NCBI GenBank assembly: GCA_002422165.1
Contig: DITQ01000008.1
Span: 35,136 to 99,135 of the forward strand
From: Candidatus Pacebacteria bacterium UBA6180
GTDB taxonomy: Bacteria; Patescibacteriota; Microgenomatia; UBA1400; PJMF01
Length of the DNA stretch: 64,000 nucleotides
Direction of reading: 5' to 3'
Shown one piece after another: positions 9,443-17,704 of this stretch. Position numbers and translations under genes: made by a program. The first letter of the stretch is position 1. Every line of letters starts with the position of its first letter. The notes under the pieces were generated by a model that did not search any database, had not been told where the DNA came from, and saw nothing but the letters and a program-made list of their open reading frames with translations.

Positions 9443-10354
9443 CTAGCGGAGGCTCATTTGCTGCAAAGCTTTGATGCGCTCGGTGACTGGCGGATGGGTA
9501 TTAAACATTTTGGCAAAAGCGTGGACAGCGCCATGGGTATTTTTGAGAGGATCGCTGATGTAGAGGTGAGCGGTGGCTTTGTTGGCAGCTTCGAGCGGTT
9601 CGCGATCATCAGCGATTTTTTGTAAGGCACGAATCATGCCCTGAGGGTTTTTGGTCATGGCGGCGGCACTGGCATCAGCCAGGAATTCGCGGCGTCTGGA
9701 AATAGCCAGTTGGATAAGTTGGGCGATGATGGGTGATAAAATCGCCAAAAAGATGGCAATCACCGCCATGATGGCGGCCAGTTGACTATTATCGTTGTCC
9801 CTCTTCCTACCTCCGCCCCAAAAAGACATGCGCATGAACCAGTCGGCCAAGAGGGCTACTAGGCCAACTAGGACAGAAACGATCGACATAAGGAGAATAT
9901 CGTAATTTTTGACGTGACTAAGTTCGTGGGCAACGACGGCTTCAACTTCGCTGCGGTTGAGATTGCGCAGTAGACCGGTAGTAGCACAGACGACGGCGTG
10001 CTCGGGATTGCGGCCAGTGGCGAAAGCGTTCATAGCAGTGTCTTCGATGACGTAAAGTTTAGGCAAAGGCATTTTTTGACCCAGACAGAGATTTTCGGTG
10101 ACAGTGTAGAAGTCAAAAAATTCCTGGCGCTTGGCTTCCCTAGCTCCAGAAATGCCGAGAATAATTTTGTCAGAATAGTAATAGGAGAAAAAAGAAAGTC
10201 CGCCAGAGATAATGAGTGCCCAACCCACCATACTCAAAGGATAGCCAAAACCGCGCGCCATGGCGTAAGCTGCGCCAGCGATGAAGGCGATAAACAAGCT
10301 GACGATCAAGAAAGAGCGCTGCTTATTTTTGGCAACTAACTGGTAATGCGTCAT
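9443..10354 (-). CDS. htpX: Zinc metalloprotease HtpX (M48 family)
   Basis: HEXXH motif (HELSHV), several TM segments, conserved M48 architecture. Paired with lemA upstream. Confidence 0.9.
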   Translation of the reverse strand: MTHYQLVAKNKQRSFLIVSLFIAFIAGAAYAMARGFGYPLSMVGWALIISGGLSFFSYYYSDKIILGISGAREAKRQEFFDFYTVTENLCLGQKMPLPKLYVIEDTAMNAFATGRNPEHAVVCATTGLLRNLNRSEVEAVVAHELSHVKNYDILLMSIVSVLVGLVALLADWFMRMSFWGGGRKRDNDNSQLAAIMAVIAIFLAILSPIIAQLIQLAISRRREFLADASAAAMTKNPQGMIRALQKIADDREPLEAANKATAHLYISDPLKNTHGAVHAFAKMFNTHPPVTERIKALQQMSLR

Positions 10355-10362
10355 AGGCTAGT

Positions 10363-10941
10363 CTAGAGGCTGACCTTGGGGCTTTTTTCCTCATCACTAC
10401 TGACTTCCATGTGAGCGCCGGTCATCGAAGTGGTGATGCCTTTCTCTTCCTGGAAGCCAAACATGTTGGCGACTAAGTTGGAAGGAAAGACGACCAGTTT
10501 CTCGTTGAAGTTCTGGGAGAGGTCGATGACGCTGCGGCGCGCGTAGGTCAGCTTGTCAGCTGTGTCAGTTAGCTCGTCCATGAACTTGGTGATGGCTTCG
10601 TTGGCTTTGAGCTCGGGGTTGCTCTCGACCACCACTTGAATTTGGGGTAGTAAGCCCTGAACTTTTTGGATGGCCTGATCGATGTCTTTGGGCGAGCCAG
10701 AACTGTCGGCTTTGGCGACTGATTGGCGAGCTTCGGTTAACAATTTGTAAATGCCTTGTTCGTGTTTAAGTTGGCCTTTGACGGCGACTTCTAGGTTGGG
10801 AATCAAGCCAGCCTGACGCTTCAATTGATTACCAATTTCTTGAATGCTGGCCTTGATCTGCGTCTTGAGGGTTTGCAGGGAGTTATAAATGCCGACCACG
10901 TAGACGGCGATCAGGGCGAGAGCGATAATTAGATACAACAT
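10363..10941 (-). CDS. lemA: LemA family protein
   Basis: 192 aa with an N-terminal TM and a LemA-like helical body. The classic lemA-htpX gene pair. Confidence 0.85.
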   Translation of the reverse strand: MLYLIIALALIAVYVVGIYNSLQTLKTQIKASIQEIGNQLKRQAGLIPNLEVAVKGQLKHEQGIYKLLTEARQSVAKADSSGSPKDIDQAIQKVQGLLPQIQVVVESNPELKANEAITKFMDELTDTADKLTYARRSVIDLSQNFNEKLVVFPSNLVANMFGFQEEKGITTSMTGAHMEVSSDEEKSPKVSL

Positions 10942-11015
10942 AGTGGTGTTCCTTTTCTAACTAATGTGCTTATTAGAAATCTAAGTATAGCATTTTTGCT
11001 TGTAGAAAGTAACTG

Positions 11016-11044
11016 CTGACAAAAGTCCTCCCTTTGTTTATAAT
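11016..11044 (+). promoter_or_regulatory. Sigma70-like promoter cTGACA-17 nt-TATAAT upstream of tRNA-Asp
   Basis: CTGACA (11016-11021), a 17-nt spacer, then TATAAT (11039-11044). The tRNA begins ~28 nt downstream. Confidence 0.45.
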
Positions 11045-11071
11045 CTAGTTCTTAAAATCTTTGCAGTACTC

Positions 11072-11147
11072 GGCCCCGTGGTGTAGCGGTTAACATGCTT
11101 CCCTGTCACGGAAGAGATCGTCGGTTCGAATCCGATCGGGGTCGCCA
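11072..11147 (+). tRNA. tRNA-Asp (anticodon GTC), CCA encoded
   Basis: Cloverleaf folds by hand. Acceptor GGCCCCG/CGGGGUC, anticodon stem CUUCC/GGAAG, loop CUGUCAC, T-loop GGTTCGAATCC, 3' CCA. Confidence 0.9.
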
Positions 11148-11215
11148 TTTGATGAATTAGACTGGCATATAAAGATATATTTATTATCTCAATCTCCAAA
11201 CTTAGTCCTATAATT

Positions 11216-11244
11216 TTGACAAATTAGTCGTATTGTTGTATAAT
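11216..11244 (+). promoter_or_regulatory. Perfect-consensus sigma70 promoter TTGACA-17 nt-TATAAT within the tRNA-Asp/tRNA-Gly intergenic island
   Basis: TTGACA (11216-11221), spacer of exactly 17 nt, TATAAT (11239-11244). No annotated gene lies immediately downstream. Confidence 0.5.
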
Positions 11245-11452
11245 TGATTGGTTAATTTATATAGAAACCTAGGGCATTGCGCACTTACGTTTTTTAGAAT
11301 TAACAAAAAACTTGTTCTTTAATAACTTTCTTTGTGATTTTTAGCATTTCGTTGCGAGGGGCATTTTATTTAGGTATTACAAATCTGATATTTAAATAAA
11401 ATGCCACTTGCTTCGGCTTGTGGCAAATCTAAAGAAAGGAGGGCTAATTGAG

Positions 11453-11545
11453 ATGCTTACTACGCGAATAACAATCAGAGTAGTGTCTCTCGGAGATGGC
11501 TTTTACCTGATTTTTATCAGGAAAGTCACCTACATCGCTCTCTAA
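11453..11545 (+). CDS. Candidate small ORF (30 aa, MLTTRITIRVVSLGDGFYLIFIRKVTYIAL) with a strong SD
   Basis: AAAGGAGGG lies 8 nt upstream of the ATG. The product has a hydrophobic core. A hairpin plus T-run follows. Below the ORF-track size cutoff. Confidence 0.3.
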   Translation: MLTTRITIRVVSLGDGFYLIFIRKVTYIAL

Positions 11546-11554
11546 AGTTCAAAA

Positions 11555-11590
11555 AAAATGACTGCCTGCAAATGGCGGTCATTTTTCGTT
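11555..11590. terminator. Hairpin (12-bp stem, 1 mismatch, loop TGCAAAT) flanked by an A-run and a T-run; a bidirectional intrinsic-terminator-like structure
   Basis: AAAATGACTGCC-TGCAAAT-GGCGGTCATTTT followed by TCGTTT. Sits just after the small ORF. Confidence 0.4.
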
Positions 11591-11825
11591 TATAAAGGTT
11601 TTTGTTCTCGATAACCTCAAAAGAAAATGCTAGCGAAATTGCTGCAGAATTGGGTTTCGTTTTAGACGAAAATTTTATAAATGATTTAGCTAAATTTATT
11701 CAAGAAGTTGTTGGGCCGGCGACTGTAACATCCTTTTTAAGGACGCTAGCAGCTAGTTCCTTTGAAAATTCAAAAAAATAAAAAGTGAGCTAAAGTTTGC
11801 TATAATCTCCATTAAACTATCAACT

Positions 11826-11896
11826 GCGACCGTAGTTCAGCGGTAGAATGCCAGCTTCCCAAGCTTGAGGTGAGGGTTCGACTCCCTTCGGTCGCT
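11826..11896 (+). tRNA. tRNA-Gly (anticodon CCC), CCA not encoded
   Basis: Acceptor GCGACCG/CGGUCGC, D-arm GTTCAGCGGTAGAAT, anticodon loop UUCCCAA, T-arm GAGGGTTCGACTCCCTT. One C-U mismatch in the anticodon stem. Confidence 0.8.
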
Positions 11897-11901
11897 CAAC
11901 A

Positions 11902-12240
11902 ATGAATCAAAAAATAATTATTCCACTACTGATAATTATCTTGTCGTGTTTATTCTTGATATTATTTTCATCACAAGCCCTAATGCTTTGCTCAGCTCTT
12001 ATACTATTGGCAATTATTAAGCATAAAATTTATCCAATAAAAAAAGAATTATTATGGTATTTGCTTGTTGGTTTCGGAGGGGCATTTGCTGAAATTATTT
12101 TGGTAAATTCTGGAAGCACTTGGCAATATTTGACAGAACATTTTTTTGGTATTCCTATCTGGATACCGTTTTTTTGGGGAGTGCTTGGCACAACGATAAT
12201 AGTGCTGCATGAAGGATTTAATAAGAAAGAAAAAAAGTGA
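11902..12240 (+). CDS. Small integral membrane protein (112 aa, 3-4 TM helices)
   Basis: ORF starts 5 nt after the tRNA-Gly 3' end. Very hydrophobic. Translationally coupled (GTGA) to the downstream HD-domain gene. Confidence 0.6.
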   Translation: MNQKIIIPLLIIILSCLFLILFSSQALMLCSALILLAIIKHKIYPIKKELLWYLLVGFGGAFAEIILVNSGSTWQYLTEHFFGIPIWIPFFWGVLGTTIIVLHEGFNKKEKK

Positions 12241-12806
12241 AACACCACCAAGTCGCTAAACTAGTTGAGCAAGCTTATCTTGCTTCCAAGCAAAATATTG
12301 CTCTTTGGATGTGGCAAAACCATCTGCAGTTCGTTGCTTGGAAAACTGAAGAGCTCGCCATCAAATTTAATGCTGATGTGGATTTAGCTGTTGCAGGAGC
12401 CCTTTTGCATGATTTTGGCGATGCTTATGTCAGCAGACACTCAAAAGATCACGAAGAAATATCCAAGACAGAAGCAAGCAAAGTTTTGCAGGCAACTGGT
12501 TTTTCTCCTCAGGAAATTCAAATAATCCTAGAAGAAATTATCGCTCCTCACTCTTGCTATCCAGATTTAATGCCACAAACTCTGGAAGGTAAAATTCTGG
12601 CAACTGCCGACGCGTTCGCCCACCTAACCACTGATTTTTACATTCAATTTGCTTGGAAAAACTTGCCAGACGGCAAGTCTTATCAAGAGTTTTTAGTTTG
12701 GGTGAATGAAAAATTAGAGCGCGATTACAACGACAAGATTTTTTTTGAGGAAATTAAGAATGAAGCACGAGAAAAATACTTGGCTTTGAAGTTGGTTTTT
12801 GGTTAG
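12237..12806 (+). CDS. HD-domain phosphohydrolase (YfbR-like metal-dependent hydrolase fold)
   Basis: H…HD…D motif (NHLQF…LLHDFGDAY…ADAFAH). GTG start overlapping the upstream stop. Confidence 0.7.
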   Translation: MKHHQVAKLVEQAYLASKQNIALWMWQNHLQFVAWKTEELAIKFNADVDLAVAGALLHDFGDAYVSRHSKDHEEISKTEASKVLQATGFSPQEIQIILEEIIAPHSCYPDLMPQTLEGKILATADAFAHLTTDFYIQFAWKNLPDGKSYQEFLVWVNEKLERDYNDKIFFEEIKNEAREKYLALKLVFG

Positions 12807-12875
12807 GTAATCTGAGTCTGCGGTATCCCCCACTTTTCTTAAAGTGTAGTAAAATTACTTTAGCTTTTTAGCGAA

Positions 12876-13031
12876 GTGAATTTAAATAAAAATGATCCAT
12901 TGAAGTCGCAGAATTAAACTTTAATTGGGAAATTAGGCTTTTAACTGCGACTTCATTTGAGCGAAAAAAAGATTGTTTGTTCGAGTTATCAGAATTTTTC
13001 GTCAAGCGCGATCAGTTTTATTTAAATTCAC
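12876..13031. repeat. ~156-bp element bounded by a 21-bp near-perfect inverted repeat (GTGAATTTAAATAAAAATGAT / ATCAGTTTTATTTAAATTCAC), with nested inner inverted repeats; MITE-like or structured RNA
   Basis: Outer IR at 12876-12896 and 13011-13031 (20/21 match). Inner 11-bp IR TGAAGTCGCAG/CTGCGACTTCA (12901-12911 and 12945-12955) encloses the palindrome AATTAAACTTTAATT. Ends 5 nt before tRNA-Thr. Confidence 0.5.
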
Positions 13032-13036
13032 GCAGC

Positions 13037-13109
13037 GCCAAAGTAGCTCAGTTGGTAGAGCAACGGTATCGTAAACCGTGGGTCGTGGGTTCGACTCCCA
13101 CCTTTGGCT
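13037..13109 (+). tRNA. tRNA-Thr (anticodon CGT), CCA not encoded
   Basis: Acceptor GCCAAAG/CUUUGGC, D-arm GCTCAGTTGGTAGAGC, anticodon stem ACGGU/ACCGU with loop AUCGUAA, T-arm GTGGGTTCGACTCCCAC. Confidence 0.85.
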
Positions 13110-13143
13110 CAAATATAGTAATATAGTATAAGGCAAAATAATT

Positions 13144-13908
13144 ATGTCCAACTCCAGCCGCTATTCTTCCATTTACCAGCATAAACACGACCGTCGTCAC
13201 ATGGCTTCTTCGCGTCTGGTCAAAAAAGAAAAAAATAAAATTCAAAAGCAAACTTTTGCTTATCTATTTTTCGGTATAGCAATTCTCTTGCTCTTCATTT
13301 TCTTGATTGTGCCCAATCTAATTCGCCTCTTTTTTGCGATTATTGACAAAGATTCGCCTTTTGTCGAAAGCGATACTGTGCCCCCACAAGTGCCGGTTTT
13401 GTCAAGCACGCCAGTTGAAGCCACTTTTTCGGCTACGCTTGATCTAGTTGGCTTTGCCGAAGCCGACAGCACAGTGGTCTTTTTGCTCAACGGAGGTAAG
13501 AGCGCCGAGGTCAAAGTAGACGGCGAAGGCTCTTTTACCCATGAGCTAGCCTTGGCAGAGGGCCAAAACGAACTGTCGATTTTTGGAGTTGATGAGGTTG
13601 GCAACGAGTCACTCAAGACGCGTACTTATCAGATTGTCTACGATAACGAAGCGCCTTTTTTGGAACTCGAAGAGCCTAAGGATGGTAGTGTCATCGAGCT
13701 CAAGAAAAACCGCACCCTTGCTATCAAGGGGATGACTGAGCCAGAAGCGCGCTTGCTAATCAACGATCGCCTGGTTATGGCTGATTTGGAGGGCAATTTT
13801 AGTAGCAATTACTACTTGGCAGAAGGTAAAAACGAACTCAAGTTTGTCATCACCGACAAAGCTGGCAATCGTACCGAGCGCACTATCGAAGTGGAATTTC
13901 GCCTCTAG
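13144..13908 (+). CDS. Membrane-anchored protein with two tandem bacterial Ig-like domains
   Basis: Basic N-terminus, one TM helix, then two ~80-aa repeats (…VVFLLNGGKSAEVKVDGEG… / …LLINDRLVMADLEGNF…) ending in similar motifs. Confidence 0.6.
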   Translation: MSNSSRYSSIYQHKHDRRHMASSRLVKKEKNKIQKQTFAYLFFGIAILLLFIFLIVPNLIRLFFAIIDKDSPFVESDTVPPQVPVLSSTPVEATFSATLDLVGFAEADSTVVFLLNGGKSAEVKVDGEGSFTHELALAEGQNELSIFGVDEVGNESLKTRTYQIVYDNEAPFLELEEPKDGSVIELKKNRTLAIKGMTEPEARLLINDRLVMADLEGNFSSNYYLAEGKNELKFVITDKAGNRTERTIEVEFRL

Positions 13909-15032
13909 CTTTTGATTGTTTTTCTACTCCACCAGAAACCGAGGAAAATTAACCAAACGAAGCTCTGACTGAGATTATGGTTAAACATGGCGTGTACCAG
14001 CAGGCTGCTGAGAAGCACCCACTGTTCTCGGTTTGCTAGAGCTAGAGTTTGCCAGAGTAAAATCAAAAGTAAGCCACTGCCTAGCAAGCCTAAATTGGTA
14101 AGCAAAAAAACTACTAAATTGTCAGCGAAGTGAGCGTGAATTGGAGTTCTGCCTCTTTCGAGCTCCAAATTGCGCGAAGGAATGTACAGGCCTCGCCCAA
14201 TGAGCCAGTCTGCCCCTCGCATGCTCTGTAAAATTTGCGCGTCGCCTGAGAGCCGCAGTTGAACTGATTGTCTGCGCAGCAGATCAACGCCATCTCCCCC
14301 ACTATGGCGAGGCAAAAATGGCCAGCTTGCTATAAAAACAGCCAAGAACACTAGTAAAGCTTTTTTGTTGGCATCTTGGTCGGTGAATAAATAAAAAAGT
14401 GTACTAAACAATAAAGCCAGGTAAGCCGCTCGCGCATAAGTAAGCAGCAAACCAAGGGCAAATAGACTAATCATTAGCCAATTTTTCTGTTTTTGCCAGA
14501 GATAGAAGTTGAGGTTGAAGACGAAAATTAGCCCCAGAAATGAAGGGTCCAAGATCGTGCTGCTCATGCGGTAGAAATGATCGTCAAAGCCTGCATGAAC
14601 CAAAAATCGTAAATCCGGCAAGAAAAAATATTGGAGAAAACCGAGCACTAAGAGGTTAAAGGATATCAGTCGCCACGGCCAATTGGCCCATGCAAGCTTT
14701 TTTTGTAGCAAAAAAACGAAAGCGAGGTAGGCGAGCAGTCGCCCCACGTACAGTAATGCTCGCCAATCGAAGCGATTTTGCGAAAAAGCTAACAACCAGG
14801 CAGAAAAACAACTCAGCACCAATAGGTAAAAGATTTTTTTTGAATTTTTTGGAATTTTTTTCCACTTTTCAATAATTTTTTTTCGCTGCACAATTGCCGC
14901 AAAAAGCTGCCATGACAAAAAACCAAAGACCAATAAATCGTGCAAGTAAAATGCGAGATTAGTGTTTAACTGCAAGCGCTGTAACTGACCAAGCGACAAT
15001 AAAAAAATAAAGGCAACTAAAAAGAATTTCAC
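13905..15032 (-). CDS. O-antigen ligase/Wzy_C-family polytopic membrane protein
   Basis: ~10 TM helices with a Wzy_C-like loop (…LLTYARAAYLALLFS…). Adjacent to the flippase. Confidence 0.5.
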   Translation of the reverse strand: MKFFLVAFIFLLSLGQLQRLQLNTNLAFYLHDLLVFGFLSWQLFAAIVQRKKIIEKWKKIPKNSKKIFYLLVLSCFSAWLLAFSQNRFDWRALLYVGRLLAYLAFVFLLQKKLAWANWPWRLISFNLLVLGFLQYFFLPDLRFLVHAGFDDHFYRMSSTILDPSFLGLIFVFNLNFYLWQKQKNWLMISLFALGLLLTYARAAYLALLFSTLFYLFTDQDANKKALLVFLAVFIASWPFLPRHSGGDGVDLLRRQSVQLRLSGDAQILQSMRGADWLIGRGLYIPSRNLELERGRTPIHAHFADNLVVFLLTNLGLLGSGLLLILLWQTLALANREQWVLLSSLLVHAMFNHNLSQSFVWLIFLGFWWSRKTIKS

Positions 15033-16264
15033 TCTAGACTTTTCTTGGCTCCGTAGAGGGCAATCGGTAGAGTCAAACCTCTAGCCAACACTACACCGAT
15101 TACTGCTCCTAGCAAGCCATGGCTGCGACCAAGCAGCATAATTAGAGCAACCATTAATAATAGAGAGCTAATCATGTGAAGATTGAGATAGAGATATTGT
15201 TTTTTGGCTACTAGCAGGGAGTAGGTCAAATTAGCCACAGTGTGAATTAACCCAGCCAGAGCTAGCCAGGGAACGATTTTCGTCGCTTCTAGCCATTTGT
15301 CACCAAGCAGTAGTCTCACCAGTAAATCAGGAAAAAAAAGTAACGGCAGCGATAGAAATCCAGCTAAGGCTAAGGTTGAAAAAACTGATTTATAAAAAGC
15401 TCGTCTTAGCCGAGCTTGCTCTCTATCTTGAATCAGTTTGCTAAAAATAGGCATGATGCCGTGATAGGCGGACTTCGAGAGCTCATAGTTGACCTTATGG
15501 CTCAGAGCATAGGCATTGTGATAAATACCCAAGCGGTGAGTGCCGACAATTTTACCAAGTAGAAAATCATCTGCATTGTCGTTGAGGTAGTTAAGCAAAC
15601 TGCTCAGGCTGAGCCAACGCGCATTTTGAAAAATCATTAATCCACGACTCTTGATGTAGTGGAAAACAGGTCGCTCGTTCAACATCAGGAAAGACAAAAT
15701 CACTTCAAAAGCTGCGGCCACGATCACTCCAAAAATTAGTGCCCAGACAGATTGGAGCCAGAAGGCTAAGGCAATTTGAGTTGAAGCTTCGATGAGCAAG
15801 CGTAGTGAGGCAAATAAGCTATCCCGAGCAAATTGGAGGTTTTTTTGCCAGCTGATGATGGCAGGATTGATAAAGCCCTTGATGATTGGTACCAAGGAAG
15901 CCACAGCGATCATGGGTATAAGTGTGGCTTCACCATAATAATTGGCTATTAGATAGCCCATGATGATCATGAGTGTTCCGATGATAAAACCGCGAATAAT
16001 GGAAATCACAAAAGCAGTATCGAGAAAATATCGAACCGGCTGTTTAGATTGCAAGATGGTAATGTTGACTCCAGTTTGAGTGAAGCTTTCGGTCGTTCCT
16101 AGAGCGATCATGACCAGCGAAAATAAACCAAATTGCTCAGGAGTCAACAAACGCGCCAAGACGAAAATCTTGACTAAGCTAAGTCCAGCGGTCAAAATTT
16201 TTTGGGCAGTTTGCCAGCTAAAACCAGCGATAGCGTGTTTTTGGTAACCCATGGTTAGTTTCAT
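15029..16264 (-). CDS. Oligosaccharide/polysaccharide flippase (MOP/Wzx family)
   Basis: 411 aa, 12+ TM segments. N-terminal region typical of polysaccharide biosynthesis (PST) proteins. Confidence 0.7.
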   Translation of the reverse strand: MKLTMGYQKHAIAGFSWQTAQKILTAGLSLVKIFVLARLLTPEQFGLFSLVMIALGTTESFTQTGVNITILQSKQPVRYFLDTAFVISIIRGFIIGTLMIIMGYLIANYYGEATLIPMIAVASLVPIIKGFINPAIISWQKNLQFARDSLFASLRLLIEASTQIALAFWLQSVWALIFGVIVAAAFEVILSFLMLNERPVFHYIKSRGLMIFQNARWLSLSSLLNYLNDNADDFLLGKIVGTHRLGIYHNAYALSHKVNYELSKSAYHGIMPIFSKLIQDREQARLRRAFYKSVFSTLALAGFLSLPLLFFPDLLVRLLLGDKWLEATKIVPWLALAGLIHTVANLTYSLLVAKKQYLYLNLHMISSLLLMVALIMLLGRSHGLLGAVIGVVLARGLTLPIALYGAKKSLE

Positions 16265-16375
16265 ATTCTAATCTAGTTATAATGCTAGTTACAATACCGC
16301 TTGCAAGCCAGCTTGTCCAAGTAGTAAACTTAAATCCAGTTTTTATTTCGTCACGAATCTATAATTTGACCTTAT

Positions 16376-16963
16376 ATGAATAACATTTTTAGTAAAATTG
16401 GCGCCACTTTCCTTGATCTAATCGAAACGCTGGCAATCTCTTTTTCAATTTTTTTGGTGGTTTATCTGTTTTTCCTCCAACCTCATCAAGTTAATGGTCA
16501 ATCCATGGTGCCTAACTTTCAAAGTGGTGAGCATGTTTTGACTGATAAAGTAACTTATAAAATTCGTGAACCAGCTCGAGGGGAAATTGTGGTCTTTCAC
16601 GCTCCGCCAGACGCTAATTGTCCAGAAGGCACAGGCTGTGATTTCATTAAACGCATTTTAGCAGTTCCTGGAGACACAGTAGAGGTCAAAGAAAACGCGA
16701 TTTGGGTCAATGGTAACAAATTACCAGAGCCCTACATTCCTGCAGACTATCCAATTTTGCCTGGCAACGCCACCAAAGATAAAAGCGTTTACTTGGGTTT
16801 GGATGAGTATTTCGTCTCCGGTGACAATCGCCCCTACTCCAGCGATTCACGAGCTTGGGGAGCAATTCACAAGTCGGATATTATTGGTCGAGTATTTTTC
16901 AGGTATTGGCCAGTTTCAGCTGTTAGTCCAATAGTTAAGTCAGAATATCCGGATCCTTTTTAA
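16376..16963 (+). CDS. lepB: Signal peptidase I
   Basis: Catalytic Ser box (GQSMVPNF), Lys box (KRILAVPGD), and a GDNR…SxDSR C-terminal box. Confidence 0.9.
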   Translation: MNNIFSKIGATFLDLIETLAISFSIFLVVYLFFLQPHQVNGQSMVPNFQSGEHVLTDKVTYKIREPARGEIVVFHAPPDANCPEGTGCDFIKRILAVPGDTVEVKENAIWVNGNKLPEPYIPADYPILPGNATKDKSVYLGLDEYFVSGDNRPYSSDSRAWGAIHKSDIIGRVFFRYWPVSAVSPIVKSEYPDPF

Positions 16964-17660
16964 TCTTAATTTTCGCTAAATCGATGACCATAGCTTTTTT
17001 CACGTGAAATTTGTCGATTTTGGTGCGGCGCAAACTGGTGACGTGAGCTCCCACTCCCAGTTTCCGTCCCAGATCATGAACTAGAGAGCGAATGTAAGTG
17101 CCACTTGAGCAGGCAACCTCCAGAGTGCAGTGGAGGTTTTTGTTTTTCACGTCTTTTTTGAAGGAAATAAGCTTGAGTTGGTGAATTGTCACTTGGCGAC
17201 TAGGTAATGTGACACTCTCGCCGCGGCGAGCTTTATCATAAAGTTTCTGACCAGCGATTTTGACTGCCGAAAAAATTGGGACAGTTTGATTTATACAGCC
17301 GCGAAATTCTTTAAGGGCTTTTTCTACAGTTGCTTTCTCGATTGCGCTGACACTCTTCCAGTCGGTTCTACTGGTGACTTGTCCGGTTCGATCGTAGCTG
17401 TCGGTAGTGAATCCGAGTTTGGCAGTGACCAGGTAGGTTTTGTCTTTTTTTAGGTACTGACTCTGAAGCTTGGTAAATTCGCGCCCTACTAGAATTATCA
17501 GCAAACCAGAAGCCAAGGGATCAAGGGTGCCGGTGTGACCGACCCGTTTAATGCCGCTTAAACGGCGAAAATAATTGACCAAGGTGTGACTGCTGGGTCC
17601 TTCTGGCTTATCAACCAAGTATACACCAGGTGTGATAGGGGTTGTGGTTGTGTTCGGCAT
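16935..17660 (-). CDS. truB: tRNA pseudouridine(55) synthase
   Basis: GHTGTLDPLASGLL motif, PUA-less short form. Converges with lepB, tails overlapping. Confidence 0.9.
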   Translation of the reverse strand: MPNTTTTPITPGVYLVDKPEGPSSHTLVNYFRRLSGIKRVGHTGTLDPLASGLLIILVGREFTKLQSQYLKKDKTYLVTAKLGFTTDSYDRTGQVTSRTDWKSVSAIEKATVEKALKEFRGCINQTVPIFSAVKIAGQKLYDKARRGESVTLPSRQVTIHQLKLISFKKDVKNKNLHCTLEVACSSGTYIRSLVHDLGRKLGVGAHVTSLRRTKIDKFHVKKAMVIDLAKIKIKKDPDILT

Positions 17661-17704
17661 TAGCCTATTATAACCCCCTCCTACTCATGGTAGAATGAAA
17701 ATCT

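Noticed and set aside
11250-11820. Possible RNase P RNA, tmRNA or SRP RNA in the tRNA-flanked non-coding island (an AGGAAAGUC 9-mer at 11517-11525 resembles the RNase P P4 strand)
   Set aside because: No matching CR-II/CR-IV/CR-V blocks, no GC-rich helices and no tRNA-like 3' domain or tag-peptide frame. The 9-mer is isolated and lies inside the small ORF.
13048-13251. 67-aa minus-strand ORF
   Set aside because: Overlaps tRNA-Thr (13037-13109) and the start of the Ig-like protein gene.
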